Shown here: positions 48,304 through 61,915 of the stretch, one piece after another
How positions within the stretch are numbered: the stretch's first letter is position 1
Layout: the number at the start of each line of letters is the position of its first letter
The notes under the pieces: model-generated
The model's input: the letters and a program-made list of their open reading frames with translations, nothing else
The model's database searches: none
Told to the model about the DNA's origin: nothing
Assembly: GCA_049724395.1 (NCBI GenBank)
Contig: JAUGWO010000065.1
Span: 62,001 to 126,000 of the forward strand
Source: Spongospora subterranea f. sp. subterranea
Lineage: Eukaryota
Direction: 5' to 3'
Length of the DNA stretch: 64,000 nucleotides
Made by a program: the position numbers and the translations under genes

Positions 48304-49074
48304 TATTTCAAAGCCATCTGCGATAACAGCGAAAGATTACCCGCAATAGCAATCGTAGTGGAATTTTTTGGAACACGTGACACATTGCAACTGTTGAACC
48401 GCTGTTACTGATGACAATTTGCCAGCCATAATTATTGGCGTCATGTTTCTTACGATGTTTGTGCCAAGTTGTTCAAACGTATTGCACCAGCAGGTCACCT
48501 AATATTTACTCAATGGCAGTCAGTTCGTCCGAATCTTCAGCCCTTACATGCTTTCGGTTCGACGATCTGGAAGTCATACTATCATGTAATGTGATAGCGG
48601 CACGCTGCTGTTCCCGCCATACAACTCCTCATTGACCGTTATGTTTCACAGCGTCGACTGTGTTATCGCAGAAACGCGCGTCAGTTTCATTTCGAATTGA
48701 AGAGTTCAGATCATGTTCTATGGCAAGGGCCGAGGGTGTCATCCACTGAACGCCGGGCGATCTCGCTAGTTAGATACATGGCAACAGTAAAGGAGGATAA
48801 GAATTGCAAGGTTAGCAACGAAAAAAACAAACAAACAATTTTATTATATACAGAACAACGATATGAACAAGAATGTTGTTTTTGTTCTGGCACCAGTCGG
48901 CGCGATCAGCTCAATCGTCCAACATTACCACACGTTCGAATTGAACTGTGATCATTGAGTTCTTCTTTTGAGACGGTTTTCAACCAGCAGAGCAGGATGT
49001 ACTTAGCTCATCTTGTAACAGCCCCGCCCATCTGCTCCGTGACGGCGCAACCGCCGGCGCACAACTTCAACAAC

Positions 49075-52000
49075 ATGAGCGGCGCCAGCGCCTATGTTGA
49101 CGTCGAGGCTGAAGTCTCCTCCGACGATGAGGATTTTCAGGTGTCAGCAGACGAGGATGTGTCAGAGGATGAAGAGGAGGAAGCCAGGCTCAATAAGGAG
49201 ATGATTGCCGATGAAGACGAAATAGAAGCGGAACGCCAGCGCGTGAGTCCAGCCGATCGACGTGTTGCCGAATCTACAGAAGATCTCGTGGATGATGATT
49301 ATCTTCTTCTTGAAGACCATCATGGTGTAAAGTTCAACAGAAAAAGAAAAGGTACCCCTTGATATCGCAAATATTCCCAGCCGACCTTAGATGATTTCAA
49401 ATTCCCTTTTTTTCCAGGGTTGGATACCGCCAATGATGGCAAACGAAAACGTCTACAAAGACAAACTGCTAGCGATGATGAGGTTGATGATGTACAAAAA
49501 CCGAAAGATGATGATGGAAATGGCGGTTATTCAGAAGATGATTATGGGCTATCTGGGGATGAGGACGACGACCAAAATGAAGACTGGCTAGTGGACGATG
49601 TTTCTGGAGCTCGTAAAAACAAGCGGCAACCTTCTGGAAAAGCTGCACAATTCGGCGAAGCGGGAGATATATTTTGGCGATATGACTGAGTTTTTAGCGT
49701 CCACCGCTGAAGTAGCCGCTGAGGAAGATAATCATACTGTTCAAACAATGGTCAGTGCTGGTATATTAATTAACTCGCTTGGAGCTTTTTATAACAGTCA
49801 GTACAGAGGAGAGAAAGTCAGATTGAACCTTCAATTGCGGCACGCCATATGGTTACTGCTGCCGATGAAGTAATTCGAAACACTGATCTCCCAGAAAGGC
49901 TTCAGAAGCGAGTATCCGAACGCCCCGCATTTGATGAAGATCCGAAAGAGCTAATGTTCCAGGAAGCAGAATGGATTCATCAATATAAGTTTCAGCAGCT
50001 GGTCGGTCGGGTTTGTTATTTGAACATGAGCTTGGTTTCATTGAATAATAGGCACCCACTACAGCTGTTCCTGTAATAATGGCTGTTCTGGAAATGATTC
50101 GATTGCATAACTTTGACGTGCCTCATATCCAACTTTATCAGAAAGATTATTATATCCCACTTCAATCTTCTGACATTTGGATAATTGATAGATGCGATAA
50201 AAAATGGGATCACATCGTGTCGAAAGAGAACATCTGTTGCCAAACAATGTATTGTTTCTTATTTTTTGCATAATGAATTTCACACTGAAATCACTTTGCA
50301 GTAGAAAAACATGCTCCCAATGAAGTCGATCTTCTTGGTCAACTGTCGTGTGCCGTCGACGAGGAAGAAATTGAAGAAGTTAGAAATTACGTCAGCTCCC
50401 GCACTGACCCAATAACCTCATCAATCAAACGGCCTCAACGGCGCAACACTTTGTCGCATTCCGCGCATGATCATCTTCTGGAACCTATTACAGAATCGAT
50501 GTTCTTAGAACCGCGGAAAGTTGGTCAAAATTTTAGGGCCAGGTTTCTGCAACACGAACCTTCTGATCCCGAACTTGCGCCTGAGCAATTAGCAGAAGGT
50601 ATTTTTTTTAACTGGGTTTTTTGTTTTGTAACGATTGCGTTGCAGGTGCAGTTTGCGAACGGTTTCCCACCCCTGCGTCTGCATTGGCAGCAGCAAGGGC
50701 CATATGTGCGGCCAACACTGCCTTGGATCCCTTCGTCCGATCTGCAATACGTGACCGGTTCATGGACATTGCTGTAATCTGCACTACGCCGACTCAAAAG
50801 GGGAAGATGGCCATCGACTGGGGTCACGAGTAATTCTTTGATTAGCAGTTTTGTGACCAAGATTAATATTATGGCGATTAGATATTTTGAGATCAAACAT
50901 CTGGTCGACAAACCGATTCGTGCGTTTTTAGTGGAAAATACGTCGCAATTTGCACTATTAACATGTGCCGAATCGGAAGGGTTTATCAAATCGACAATCC
51001 GGTTTCCGCAAATGACTGACGGTGTCAATTTGCTTGCAATGGAATTTTGCGACCTTTTTCAGTCAATGGGATTCAGCCGTATTTCGCAGCTTTGGAACGA
51101 ACAACGTCGTCTTGTCTTCGATGAAATGGTTGATCGCCATTTGTTTAAAGTTATGGAAAATGGGTCTCGCGAGAAGCTCTCTGCCGCTGCTTTAGAAGTA
51201 ATTGCTGCCCGCGCTGCGAATAAGTAAGTTTTCTTGCAGCACTGCAAAGTCAGCTTATTTATTTTTCAGGCTGTCGACATACATCAACATTTCTCCTATT
51301 TCGCGAGAAAGACAAGTTGTTTGCGCGTGTAGTGTTGGAGATCGTGGTGACCCTTCATACGTTGCCGTTATTGACCGCCAGGGGTTGCTTGTGGATCATA
51401 TCACATTGCCCAATATGAAAATGTTTGTTCGTAGATCGAACGTAAACGTCAAAGTCAATGTTCATGGTAGGTGCTGTTCTAAGATTATTTTATTTTGTTC
51501 AACCTCTGCAGATTTAAAAAGCAAAAAAGGTCAAGACGCCAGAAGATTTCGGTCATTCATTGAACGTTACTCCCCTGTTTTCGTCGCCATTTCGGCTGAT
51601 TATTTCGAGGGCTCGCGCGAATTCATGGCTGAGGTTGTTTTACTTTGGGACACAGTGACGTGTTAATTAACTGCTGTCGCACCCAGGCAAAAATTGCATT
51701 GCAAAGTCGTGCTGGTAGCATCCCAATTGAGTATGTTGATCCTGCCGCAGCTCGGATTGCGATGAATTCACGCAGAATGGTCGAAGAACTATCTGAACAT
51801 CCAACGTTGCTTCGTCAAGCTGTTGCATTGGCTAGATATGTACAAGACCCGTTGAGTGAAGTATGTGTAGAATGCTTTCTAGATTTCGTTATCAAAGTAC
51901 GCTGCTGTAGGTGTGTGCTATTGCTGCCACACATCCAGTGGATTTGATCAGTTTGCCGTTGGATCCGCTTCAAAAATGCGTCCCACGCGAGCATATGCTT

Positions 52001-54258
52001 CGCTGTCTACAGCAATGTCTTATCGATCTCGTCAACCATGTTGGGGTAGATGTAAACTTGGCTGTTTCTCAACCACATCTGCAGGGTATTGTTTGTGTCT
52101 AATCTGTCTTCCATTTCACCTTATGGTGTGTCTGTATTTGCTGTAGGGTCATTATCCTTCATTAGTGGTTTAGGTCCTCGTAAAAGCAAATTGCTTGTTG
52201 ATTTCATAAAGCGAAACGGTGCCGTATCGTCGAGAGAGGATCTACGTAAAGTGTTTGGCGACTGTGTCTGGCGAAATAGTTCTGGTTTTTTACGGATCAT
52301 TGCACCACCATTTTCACAGGTTATCAGGTGTTAATATGAACAACGCTAAAAACTAATATTCTGGTTCTAGATGCTAATTAGTCCTTTGGATGATTCAAGA
52401 ATCCATCCTGAGCATTATATGCTGTCTGATCGCGTCGTTCTCAATGCGCTTGATATTGATATTCGAAGTGACGATGCTGGCGGGGTCCGAGATGCCCTCA
52501 TTCTTCGCCTGCGCGCCCCTGCGCTTCGCTACAAACTTGATGAACTTGATCTTTATGCGTATGCACAAGCCATGGAGAAGGAAGGCGAAGGTCGGTTTAC
52601 TGAAACACTTCAGCTAATCAAATCGGAGCTCAAGGCGCCATTTACCGACAATATTAGACATCCTTTCACGTAATCCATCTCATTGTTTCAAGTTTGCCAA
52701 GGTTTATTGGTGATTTTCAGGCCTTTAACTCCCGAGATCCTGTTCCACTTGTTAACTGGAGAACAGCCTGGTGTTACCCTGTATCGTGGCCAAATTGTTG
52801 ATGTTGTTATTACGAGTTCGAATCGCAGTGGCGTTATGACACGTTTAGACTCTGGAATCCCTGCGTTTATTCCTATTTCGGCTTATCAAGACGAAATCAC
52901 GGCTCTTAAGGCAGAGCAAGGCGAAGATGCAGCGTTTAAGCAGATCCAGATGCTAACTAAACCCGTCTGTGCGTTACTGGTTCAAATAATAATTGCTTAT
53001 ATGGTGATTGTTAGGGGGTCACTATTAAAGCTCGTGTTGTATCTATTGACCTTTCCAGATTTCGAGTTGATTTAACTGCATCGGAACGAGATCTCAACGA
53101 TAAAACGTGCGTATCTATTTGAGAAACGGTCTGTGGTCATTAACGGTTGCCCAAGGTCCTGGGAGACGCCTCTCCGCAACGATATCTACAACGTGGAAGT
53201 CGTTGATGTTGATGATGGCCCCAAACCAGATACGGCCATCCTCGCCAAAGCACCTGCCCGAAAATTCATACCAAGAAACATCGATCACCCCTTGTTCTCG
53301 AATGTTGACCGTGAGAAGGCGGAATCCATGCTGAAAGATGCGGTTAGAACTCTTCTTGTTTGCTTGCTTGTTAATAGCACCTCAAGTCTTTGTCGGCAGC
53401 CTGTTGGCGATGTTGTTATTCGCCCATCTCGATTGGGTACACATCAACTGACAATCACTTGGAAAATCGCCGAAGATATCTACGTCAACATTGCCGTTGC
53501 TGAGCATGACAAGCCGCATGAAAGTCAGCAAGGCTCTCGGACGGCGCCTTTCCATTGAAGATGAACATTTTGAGGGTAAAATTTATTTTTGGCAATAATC
53601 TCCCTGCGTCAAACTGCGGTTACAGATCTTGACGAAATTTTGGCTCGGTATATTCGCCCGTTAACTAAGTTTGCTGAGACCATTGTGCAACACGGATGTT
53701 TTCGGTTCGGCTCTGAAAGCGAGATTGACCGGTTACTCATGGACGATAAAGAAGATCAGGTCTACCCGTTTTATGTATGTTTACTTTCCTCTAATTCGGT
53801 ACATCCAGCCCTCCCGAATTCCGTATTTCTTTGGATTTTCTACAGAGCACCCAGGATTGTTTGTTTTCTCCTATTTACCAAGTAAAAGGGTTCACCACGA
53901 ACTCGTCAAACTAACCCCGAAAGGATTCCGTTTCCAGAAACGTGTTTTCACCAAACCAAGCCAGATTGTGGCGTGGTTTAAGGCACAGTTTGCTAAGGTG
54001 GTAAAGGCAAGGGCAAAGAAGGTAAAAAGAGAGTTTTTAATGGTAATTGAATTTTCACCGTTAGGTTTTTAGGCCGCTGTCATTACCGAGCAACAACAAA
54101 AGGTACCAAATGACGCCAGGAGTCGGTCGCGTTGGGGTGAGGCAAAACCGTCAACCACATTTTTACGTCAAACTCGTCCTGAACCTCCGAAACGCGCTCC
54201 TCCAACATATCCTCAACATTATCAGCAGTTCCAGCGACAAGATAGACCGCGTTATTAA
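49075..54258 (+). CDS. SPT6: Transcription elongation factor / histone chaperone SPT6
   Basis: Acidic N-terminus, DEVIRNTDLPERLQ, RQAVALARYVQDPL, VNHVGVDVN, FISGLGPRK, PLDDSRIHPEHY, S1 domain, RNIDHPLF and tandem SH2 (IRPSRLG; IPYFF). Confidence 0.97.
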
Positions 54259-55329
54259 ATTTGCTGTCCAACATGGCGACTTCATTATATAAATATATTC
54301 CTCAATCTCATGTACAAATACCTAGATTCAATCGTCTAATACCCCACCATCCTAAAGAGGGATTTAAACAAAGATTTGAGGACTGGGGACCGAATCGACT
54401 CCAGCGGTGAACTCGGAAGTGAACCCATGGATTCGGTTTGGTTCCATTTGGGTAAGTTATTGCCGACAGAGTTGAATTCGTCAACAACTGGTATGTACAA
54501 TGGTAGTTTTGAGAACCATGCGCTCGAAATTCAAATATCTTTAAATTTGAACGGTTCGTTTGACATTTATTGATTTAAAACTCGCAGCTTTGCCCCGCTG
54601 ACAAGGTCACCCACTCAACACCATCCGGCAATGAAGTGCTCAGCCTTCTGACTCAACGGTGAACAGTACTAAAAAATCTGCAAAACAGAATGAACTCGCA
54701 TATCCGCCATCTAAGTCCCATCCTGAGGCCCATGCGGCTGAAGACGTAAAACAGCAATATTTGCGCTGGCAATCTTCTTAGTTTACCTACAGCACGTTCG
54801 TGTGCTATTCGTGAGCCGAACTTTCTTTCAACCTTCAATCCAGTCAAAGGAGGTCACATCGGTTATGGAATGGATTTGTAATTGTTGCGATGGGAGTTTC
54901 TGGATGGCAAACTGGATTGGTAGATCGAGAGAAAGTAGATTTTCGGTGAAACGATCAACCCGTGTTGGCGAAAGTCAACCATTGGTACTCGCCCTCAAGC
55001 CCACATTAGTCGATCAGGTGCTTTTATACACTGGAGTGCATCTTGATTCCCAGCTGTTCTAGACGTGTACACAACTGTCACGGTTGCTCAAGGCCTGTCG
55101 AAATTATTCGTTCGGTTTTCGCCTCTTCTGTTTTTCGACGCGCACTAGTTCTCGGTTAAGCTGGAATGAGCAAAATGAAATGAGTTACGGAAATTGACTG
55201 GAAATTGTTGTTACAGACATACTCGGAAACGATAGTCGTCACTAAAATGTGCTGATCTCAATTCCTGTGCTCAGTTATTAATCTCTTCTAATACTCACCG
55301 TTCTGCCGAGCCGAGACATCTGTGTGTTG

Positions 55330-58026
55330 ATGTCGTTTGACTTCCAACGATGGGCGACAAAATCGTTAGCCATAGTCGAGGGGCATTTAGACCAGGCATT
55401 TGGGCTGGATAGTATTGACAATGCCGTCGCTCCAGCTTCAATCCCTACCAATACCGTACCCGTCATCCCTCAAACGGTATTCTTTTTTTCAAATTCTCTT
55501 TAGAGTGATTATATCACTTACAAATGAACCCAGACTGAAGCCAACAAAAGCCCATTGTCTCCTGTGATTGATGTTTTGTCCCGTATACCTGCTGAAACCG
55601 TTGTTGAGGAAGCTCAACCTGCCAAACAATCCTCTCCAGCCCGTTGTTTAAGTTCAACAGAGAAATCATATGAACCTGCTCTCGCCTCTGTTATAGCAAC
55701 AGATGAATCGCAAAGCCCCAAGTCTCTGTAGCAATTCTGTTGCGCAGGCGCGAAGCTCAGCTGTCTGATCTTAGTACCCAGCTAGCCCAATTTCATGACG
55801 ACAAGGTTCAATTTAACCACTTCGCTGATTTTATGATAACAGATTTTTAGGGGGATTTGGAAGCGAAACTCAGACAAGCATCTCGAATTGAGGCTGAATT
55901 GAGACAATCTCTGGAACAAACCAAAAAATCATTGTCAGATCAACTGCAAAAAAAACAAGACCAGATTGATGAGATTTTGAAAGAAGGAGAGCAGTGGTCA
56001 CTGAAGCAGCTCAAATTGGAGACTATCACTAAGGGTCTCCGGAAACAGCTTCAGGAGCGACAGACCGACATCGACACCATCAAAGCGGACCTCGAACTAA
56101 AAACAGCCACATTGAATGATGCAGCTGCTAATCGTTTATCTCAAGAACAAGCAGAACAAAGTATAGTTGGTTTAGGTATGAAGTACTTTCGAACTAATAC
56201 TCTCCAGAGCTGTTAGAACGCATTGCATTGTTGACGAGCCAGTACGGAGAGGTAAAATCTGAGCTGGATCGTATCAATCGAGAGTCGACGCAACTTGATG
56301 TGGAGAGAAGCGGATCGGTCGCAGTTGTAGAACGCTTAGAAGCAAAGCTCAAGGCGCTAGAGGTTAAATATAGCCTGGAATGCCAGACAAGAAAGTTTAT
56401 ATCGTTTAGGTTGAAGCTGCACATTGGAAGATTGCTTATGATGAACAAAGTGAACTACATGCTCGCCTTTCGGTCATGCAAGATCAGGTTTTTCACTCCT
56501 TCAGATTTGTTTAACGACCGCTTACATTCTCCGTCTGACAGTTGAAAGAAGCCACGGTTCGTGAAGAGAGTCTTGTAAGAAATATTAGCGAGCTAACGTT
56601 AGAGTTGGAAACGCTTCGCGGTCAATCCCAGGGTGATCGGAATTCGTTGCGAATGCAGCTTCATGAAGTATGTCTGGTCATTCGCATCCACTGACAGGTC
56701 ATATGAGCTTTTTCAGGTCCGAGGGCAGCTGCAAGAAGCGCAGCTTAGGGCTGAACAAGTTCAAAGCGAAATCCCTTCAGCCACGCGTCCACTCCTGAAG
56801 CAGGTACGAAATACCTAACTTGTATCACGTCGTCTCATGATTTATATTGACAATCAAGATTGAAACGTTTCAAAAATCGCTCAAATCTCGTACTGAATCG
56901 TGGGAGTCGCGTGAGCAATTTCTTATTGCACAGGTTGCCGATGCCGAGAAGCTACGATCTGAGTACCAGCAAGCGAAAGCATCGCTGGAAATTGCCCATA
57001 AACAGCTTTGTGAAAATTTTCAGGCACTTCAAGTAGTCTTTTACTATCCCTGCCATATTGGCGCCACATCACTCAACTCGGATTCAGGTGGAAGCCCGTG
57101 ACGTTGCCAATGATCGCTCTGATGCGCTTTCAAAGCTTGAGGCGGCACATGCTCGTCTTGAATCTATAATTCGCGACACCCAAAAAAAAGATCTGCATAT
57201 CGATTCTCTAAATAAGCAGGTCCAGTCCTTGGTTGACCAACGAACATTAGACGAATCAAGGCTCAGAGACGAAGTATATTTTGTTGCGATATGTTTCAAC
57301 TCAAAGCTTACATTCGTCATACAGGTTGAAGCAGCGAACTCCATAAATTCCGAACTGCGGGAGGAACTGGAAAATTCAAGACAAGCGTTTCGGGATTTGG
57401 AAACTTCATTTTCCCATCGAAACGACCTGGGTTGCAACTCGTTCTCTCTTATTCGCTTTCTGCTAAGAAATAATACATAGGTAAAACTGCACGTGAAAGT
57501 CTCCAGTTGCATAGCAGGCGGCCAAGTAATTCAAGCGACCCAAGCAATAATGGTTTCGCCCCTTTCCCCAAAGCCATCAACGGTACGATTGTCATGTATA
57601 AAGGAATATCACATCGCCAATTTCCTTCAGGACCCATGAACGCCATGGATCTTCATCAACGTTTGCGGCGACAGGAGGCAGAACTGCAATCTCTTAGAGA
57701 TCGCCTCCTCACAATCGAATCCGACCGCGACAAGTTAATGGATCAGCTTGTTTCAGAATCGATAAAAAGCGCCAGTTTCGCTGAGGAATCTCAAACTCTC
57801 CAGAAGCAGCATGACGATCTGTTGATTAGGCATGACATTGCCCTTCATATTATTGGCGAGAAAACCGATCAGGTTTGTTACTGTTTGTGCCCGAGTTCCA
57901 TATTTGTTCATTGCGATTCTCTAGGTGGATGAGTTGCAGGCCGACCTAACTGAATCAAGGGGAATATTCAAAGAACAAATTTCTAGCCTCGTTGATCAAG
58001 TAGAGCGCCTCAGAAATAGACAATAA
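55330..58026 (+). CDS. TMF1: Golgin TMF1/SGM1 (TATA element modulatory factor)
   Basis: Long coiled coil with LKEGEQWSLKQLK, PSATRPLLKQIE and C-terminal ALHIIGEKTDQVDELQADL...FKEQI. Confidence 0.9.
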
Positions 58027-58326
58027 ACTAAAACTGCTATGTGTATATCGGCTTACAAGTATTGGTCGCCTTCACTTCATTTGGTGATAAACACTTGAGC
58101 GATGTTGAAAACCATTTACTTGTCGCCGTCCTTTGAGCCACGTTTATGTATTCCGGTGACGGTTTTCTAACAGGTACCGATTTTTGCCAGCAGAGGTTGG
58201 ATTGTGCATAGAATGGAATGTAGGCCTTCATCAATCATCATGCAGCTATGTACAACCGTCAAAAACCTACAACCAGTTACTGTATTGATGACCATGCGAA
58301 ATTCCGACGGGTCATCCGAAACAGTC

Positions 58327-59563
58327 ATGGCGTCCGATTCCTCGGAGGAGTTTTGGAGGTTCTTTGTTCAAAAGATGAAGAACCCTGGGTCTGGCCACAT
58401 CCGGTCCCGAATCAAAATGTACTTAACTACACGAGCTCTAAACCTCGCAACACTGATGGGTACATGCAGATTATTGAACGATTTAACCGCAAATCGGACT
58501 ATCGATGTGAAAGCCAATCAAGCTATTCAGCTGTTTCTGGATTATCCAGCAATTGATTCAAGTCATGAGCTATGGCAGGATTGCAGCCCCGATGAACTGG
58601 ATCAGGCCAGGAAGGGCCTCGAAAAATTCATCATGATCAAAATGTATAAGCAGTTGATGAGATCGTCGACCTCAGCCCGCCTAAGAGACGCTGCATTATC
58701 AGATCACATCAATAGATTATGGTTTTGTCGCAATATTCAGGTAAATTTTCTTTTATCTAACACGAAATTCAACGTAGGTGGATTGAGCCATCGCATTTAA
58801 GTATTCCGACTGCATTTGCAGATGGTGCAAAACTAAAGGCAGCGAAAACTGAGCTTCAGAACATGGATCTGTATAAGCCACCTCGCGATAAGCTTATTTG
58901 CATATTGAATTGTTGCCAGATCTTATCGAGTAATGACCATTTTGTAATTGCCTGCCATTGATACTCATAAGAACGATAGATATCATTACGACAGAAAGAG
59001 CAAAAGATAGAGGCGTACCTGCACCCGCTGCTGATGACTTATTACCGGTTCTTATTTATGTAATATTACAAGGATGCCCCCCTCATCCTTTTCTAAATTT
59101 ACAGTACGACCATGGCAAGAGTGTTATCAACTCTGACATAATCATCAGATATATCTCAACATTCTGCAATCAGAGTGATTTGATGGGCTCTCCCGGATAC
59201 ACCTTTACACATTATTTTTCTGCAATCACCTTTATTGAGAACTTGAACTCCTCGATGTTGACGAACTGCAATCAGAATCACTTTGACCGGTATGTCGACC
59301 ATTGCCTTTACTTGTTAAAGGATGACAATAACGTGGTTAGAATGTGTTATGGACGTCAAGATAGCTCGTTGGAAGCGTCAATGAACTTCATCGACGTGTC
59401 TGTGGGAGATCTACGAATATCGGATGTACCATTGTTGCTGTTAGAATATAAAGATCTGGCCGGGAAACTTCGACATTTTCAGAACCACAATGAAGATCGG
59501 CAGAGCAAAGCCGAAAACTCAATTTTGAAACCAATGTTCAACCTCCTCAGAGGAAATAAATAA
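58327..59563 (+). CDS. VPS9: VPS9-domain Rab5 GEF (VPS9a-like)
   Basis: GLEKFIMIKMY, YKPPRDKLICILNCC, AADDLLPVLIYVIL and GYTFTHYFSAITFI. The start is uncertain because the ORF is open further upstream. Confidence 0.93.
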
Positions 59564-59592
59564 ACATAGCAACAGAGGAGTGTTAAATAAGG

Positions 59593-61915
59593 TTAGAGCT
59601 GCCCGCATAGGACTGGCTCCGGTGTCTTCTTTATTCTGATCTTCTGTACTGTGGGCAACGGCGGTCGCCCATTTCCTATTGCGGATTGAACACTTGCAGA
59701 ATCGCTACTGCAGTTTTGACGTTTAGAATGGGAAACTTAATAGCAAACGCAAACAATTACACTGCAATTTTCTTTGGTGGCGGATCTGAATTGATAAGGC
59801 CACGGTCGAGGAACAGATCATATATGACGGCGGAAGCTTCTGGTTCAAGGGGCTCGCAAGCTGCAATCACTCCATCTTTGGTCACGGATCCGGTCGCATA
59901 TGATACAAGGCATATCCTGAAACGGAACAATCAACTGTTTGCTTGATTAGGCATTCTCCAATTGTGCCTATACTTTTGTTTGAGTATATTGAAATGCCGA
60001 GGCAGTATATGAAACAACGTGCATATCGCTCTTTCTTCCATATCCAAAAGCTCAACGCAATCCATATTTGATATATCAAACCCGTCGGCACTGATAATGC
60101 AATGCTCCGGAATAACTGGGCGCCGCCTTAATAAATCATTCGCCAGATTCGCAGCGTTCTCCACCCTAAAAGACACAACCGTCGGTGCAAATATGACGCG
60201 AGCAAATAACAAAATACCTGTTGACAGACGCTAAAGCAACATTTCCATTCCTAGAAGGGCTTCTCTGTTCCGTGTCCGTTGAATCCACCGTTGAACAGTT
60301 TGCTTCTCGAAGAAGCGATTGCTCTTTATATACAAACTCCTCTTGAAAAGTCCTGATACCTGAAAATAATATTAATGGCAAAACAACCTCATAAAGCGAT
60401 GAAAGGCACCATTGCTTCGATGCTCACAAAGCTCGGACACGTCCCGCACAAGCGACCGCTGCTTTTGTAAATCCTCCACAAATCTGAAAAATGAGTTGAT
60501 CGGTACCAGTTGTTTGTAACCAGTACAATGGAGCCGTACTCAACAAATTCCTCTTCGTTAGTGAAGAAGCGGCTGAACACTTTGGCTTGTTGATACAGTG
60601 CTCGGAACTCCTTGTTATGTTTATGTTTGGAATGAGGTTTCACATAAAGCAATCCCCGCTCGATGAGAAATTTCTTTCGTTCGCTTCGTTCATCCAGCTA
60701 AGCCAACCAAGGTCAAAATTTAAAAAAAATCCAGAACGGCGCAAACGTCACCTTTCTATTGAAAATTTCCAGCATACGGTACGTTAGGCTTAACTTGATC
60801 GGCTCATCCTTGTACTTCATCAAATCGCAATCGCCGAGCACTTCTTCAGCAGAATTTTCGTATTCAGTATCAAAATCGCGCCGCTTAGGCCTAAGAATAA
60901 TCAACATCGACCAGCGGATACAATCGAAACATAATCAACACAAGTTTTGAAAAACAATCGCCAAACAAAAATCTGATCGGAAAGTGAGTAAGTTGATGTA
61001 GGACCTGTATCCAGCTGCTGACGCGTCGGCTGTTAACTTTTTCTTGGAAGTAACAGACTGGACCGTTACGTCGGGAGTCGCTGGAGCACCTTCTGTATGA
61101 ACCAGACCGTAGTTGGTCGGGTCTTTGGGGTAGATGGATGGATTCATAACAATTTCAGGATCCTATGTGAAGAAGACCCATCAGCTAAAACATTTTCCCG
61201 CATATATGAATATACAAACAGGAAGCGGGGCTGTTTTGCTGTTTAGATAGACACCGTTGTAATGCTGTTCCACTCTGGACTTGGTCTTGTTCTTGGATCC
61301 AATATGATTAGAAACATCTTGCCAGTTGCCCATCCCATATCGCTCCAGACCTTCAAGCAGCATCAACTGCATGGCAGAAACCGATCAGATTGGGTCATGA
61401 TAAACTTGCACAATATCACCTCATCATCAGCGGTCCAATCATCATCAAATATAGACGCAGTGATACGATCGATTACACGATAACTGAACAGAAATTCGCA
61501 GTGAGTCATCTGAAGCGGCAATGCAAATCAGCGAAAACTCACGGGTGCGTCTTGACGTGCATATTTTGATCGTCAATGCTAAGTTCAACGCCGTCGGCAA
61601 AGCAATGTACGCATAGAATAAATTCTGTACATTGGCAGCATTTTATGCGAATCGAATTGCTGATATCTTTTCGGCAATAATCACAGAGATGCTGGGTGAC
61701 ACGGCCGACAACTACTTCTTCACCGTCTGACCACCACGGGTTACAATCGGTTTAACCAGCACGGAATACATGAATAGAAAAACGCAGGAGGTAATAGAGC
61801 GCAGGGTTTACCTTGAGTGCTTTCGTCGTCTTGCTGTATTTGTCTGTTTCGTGAACAGGTTTTTAGAAAAGTTTAGTCAAAAGAATCCAGGGAAAAATAC
61901 TTACGTATCGGTCAT
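59593..61915 (-). CDS. ADA2: SAGA transcriptional adaptor ADA2
   Basis: ZZ finger (HLCDYCRKDIS..IRIKC), SANT (WTADDE..LLEGLERYGMGNWQDV), PKRRDFDTEYENSAE and SWIRM (ELLDMEERAIC). Confidence 0.93.
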
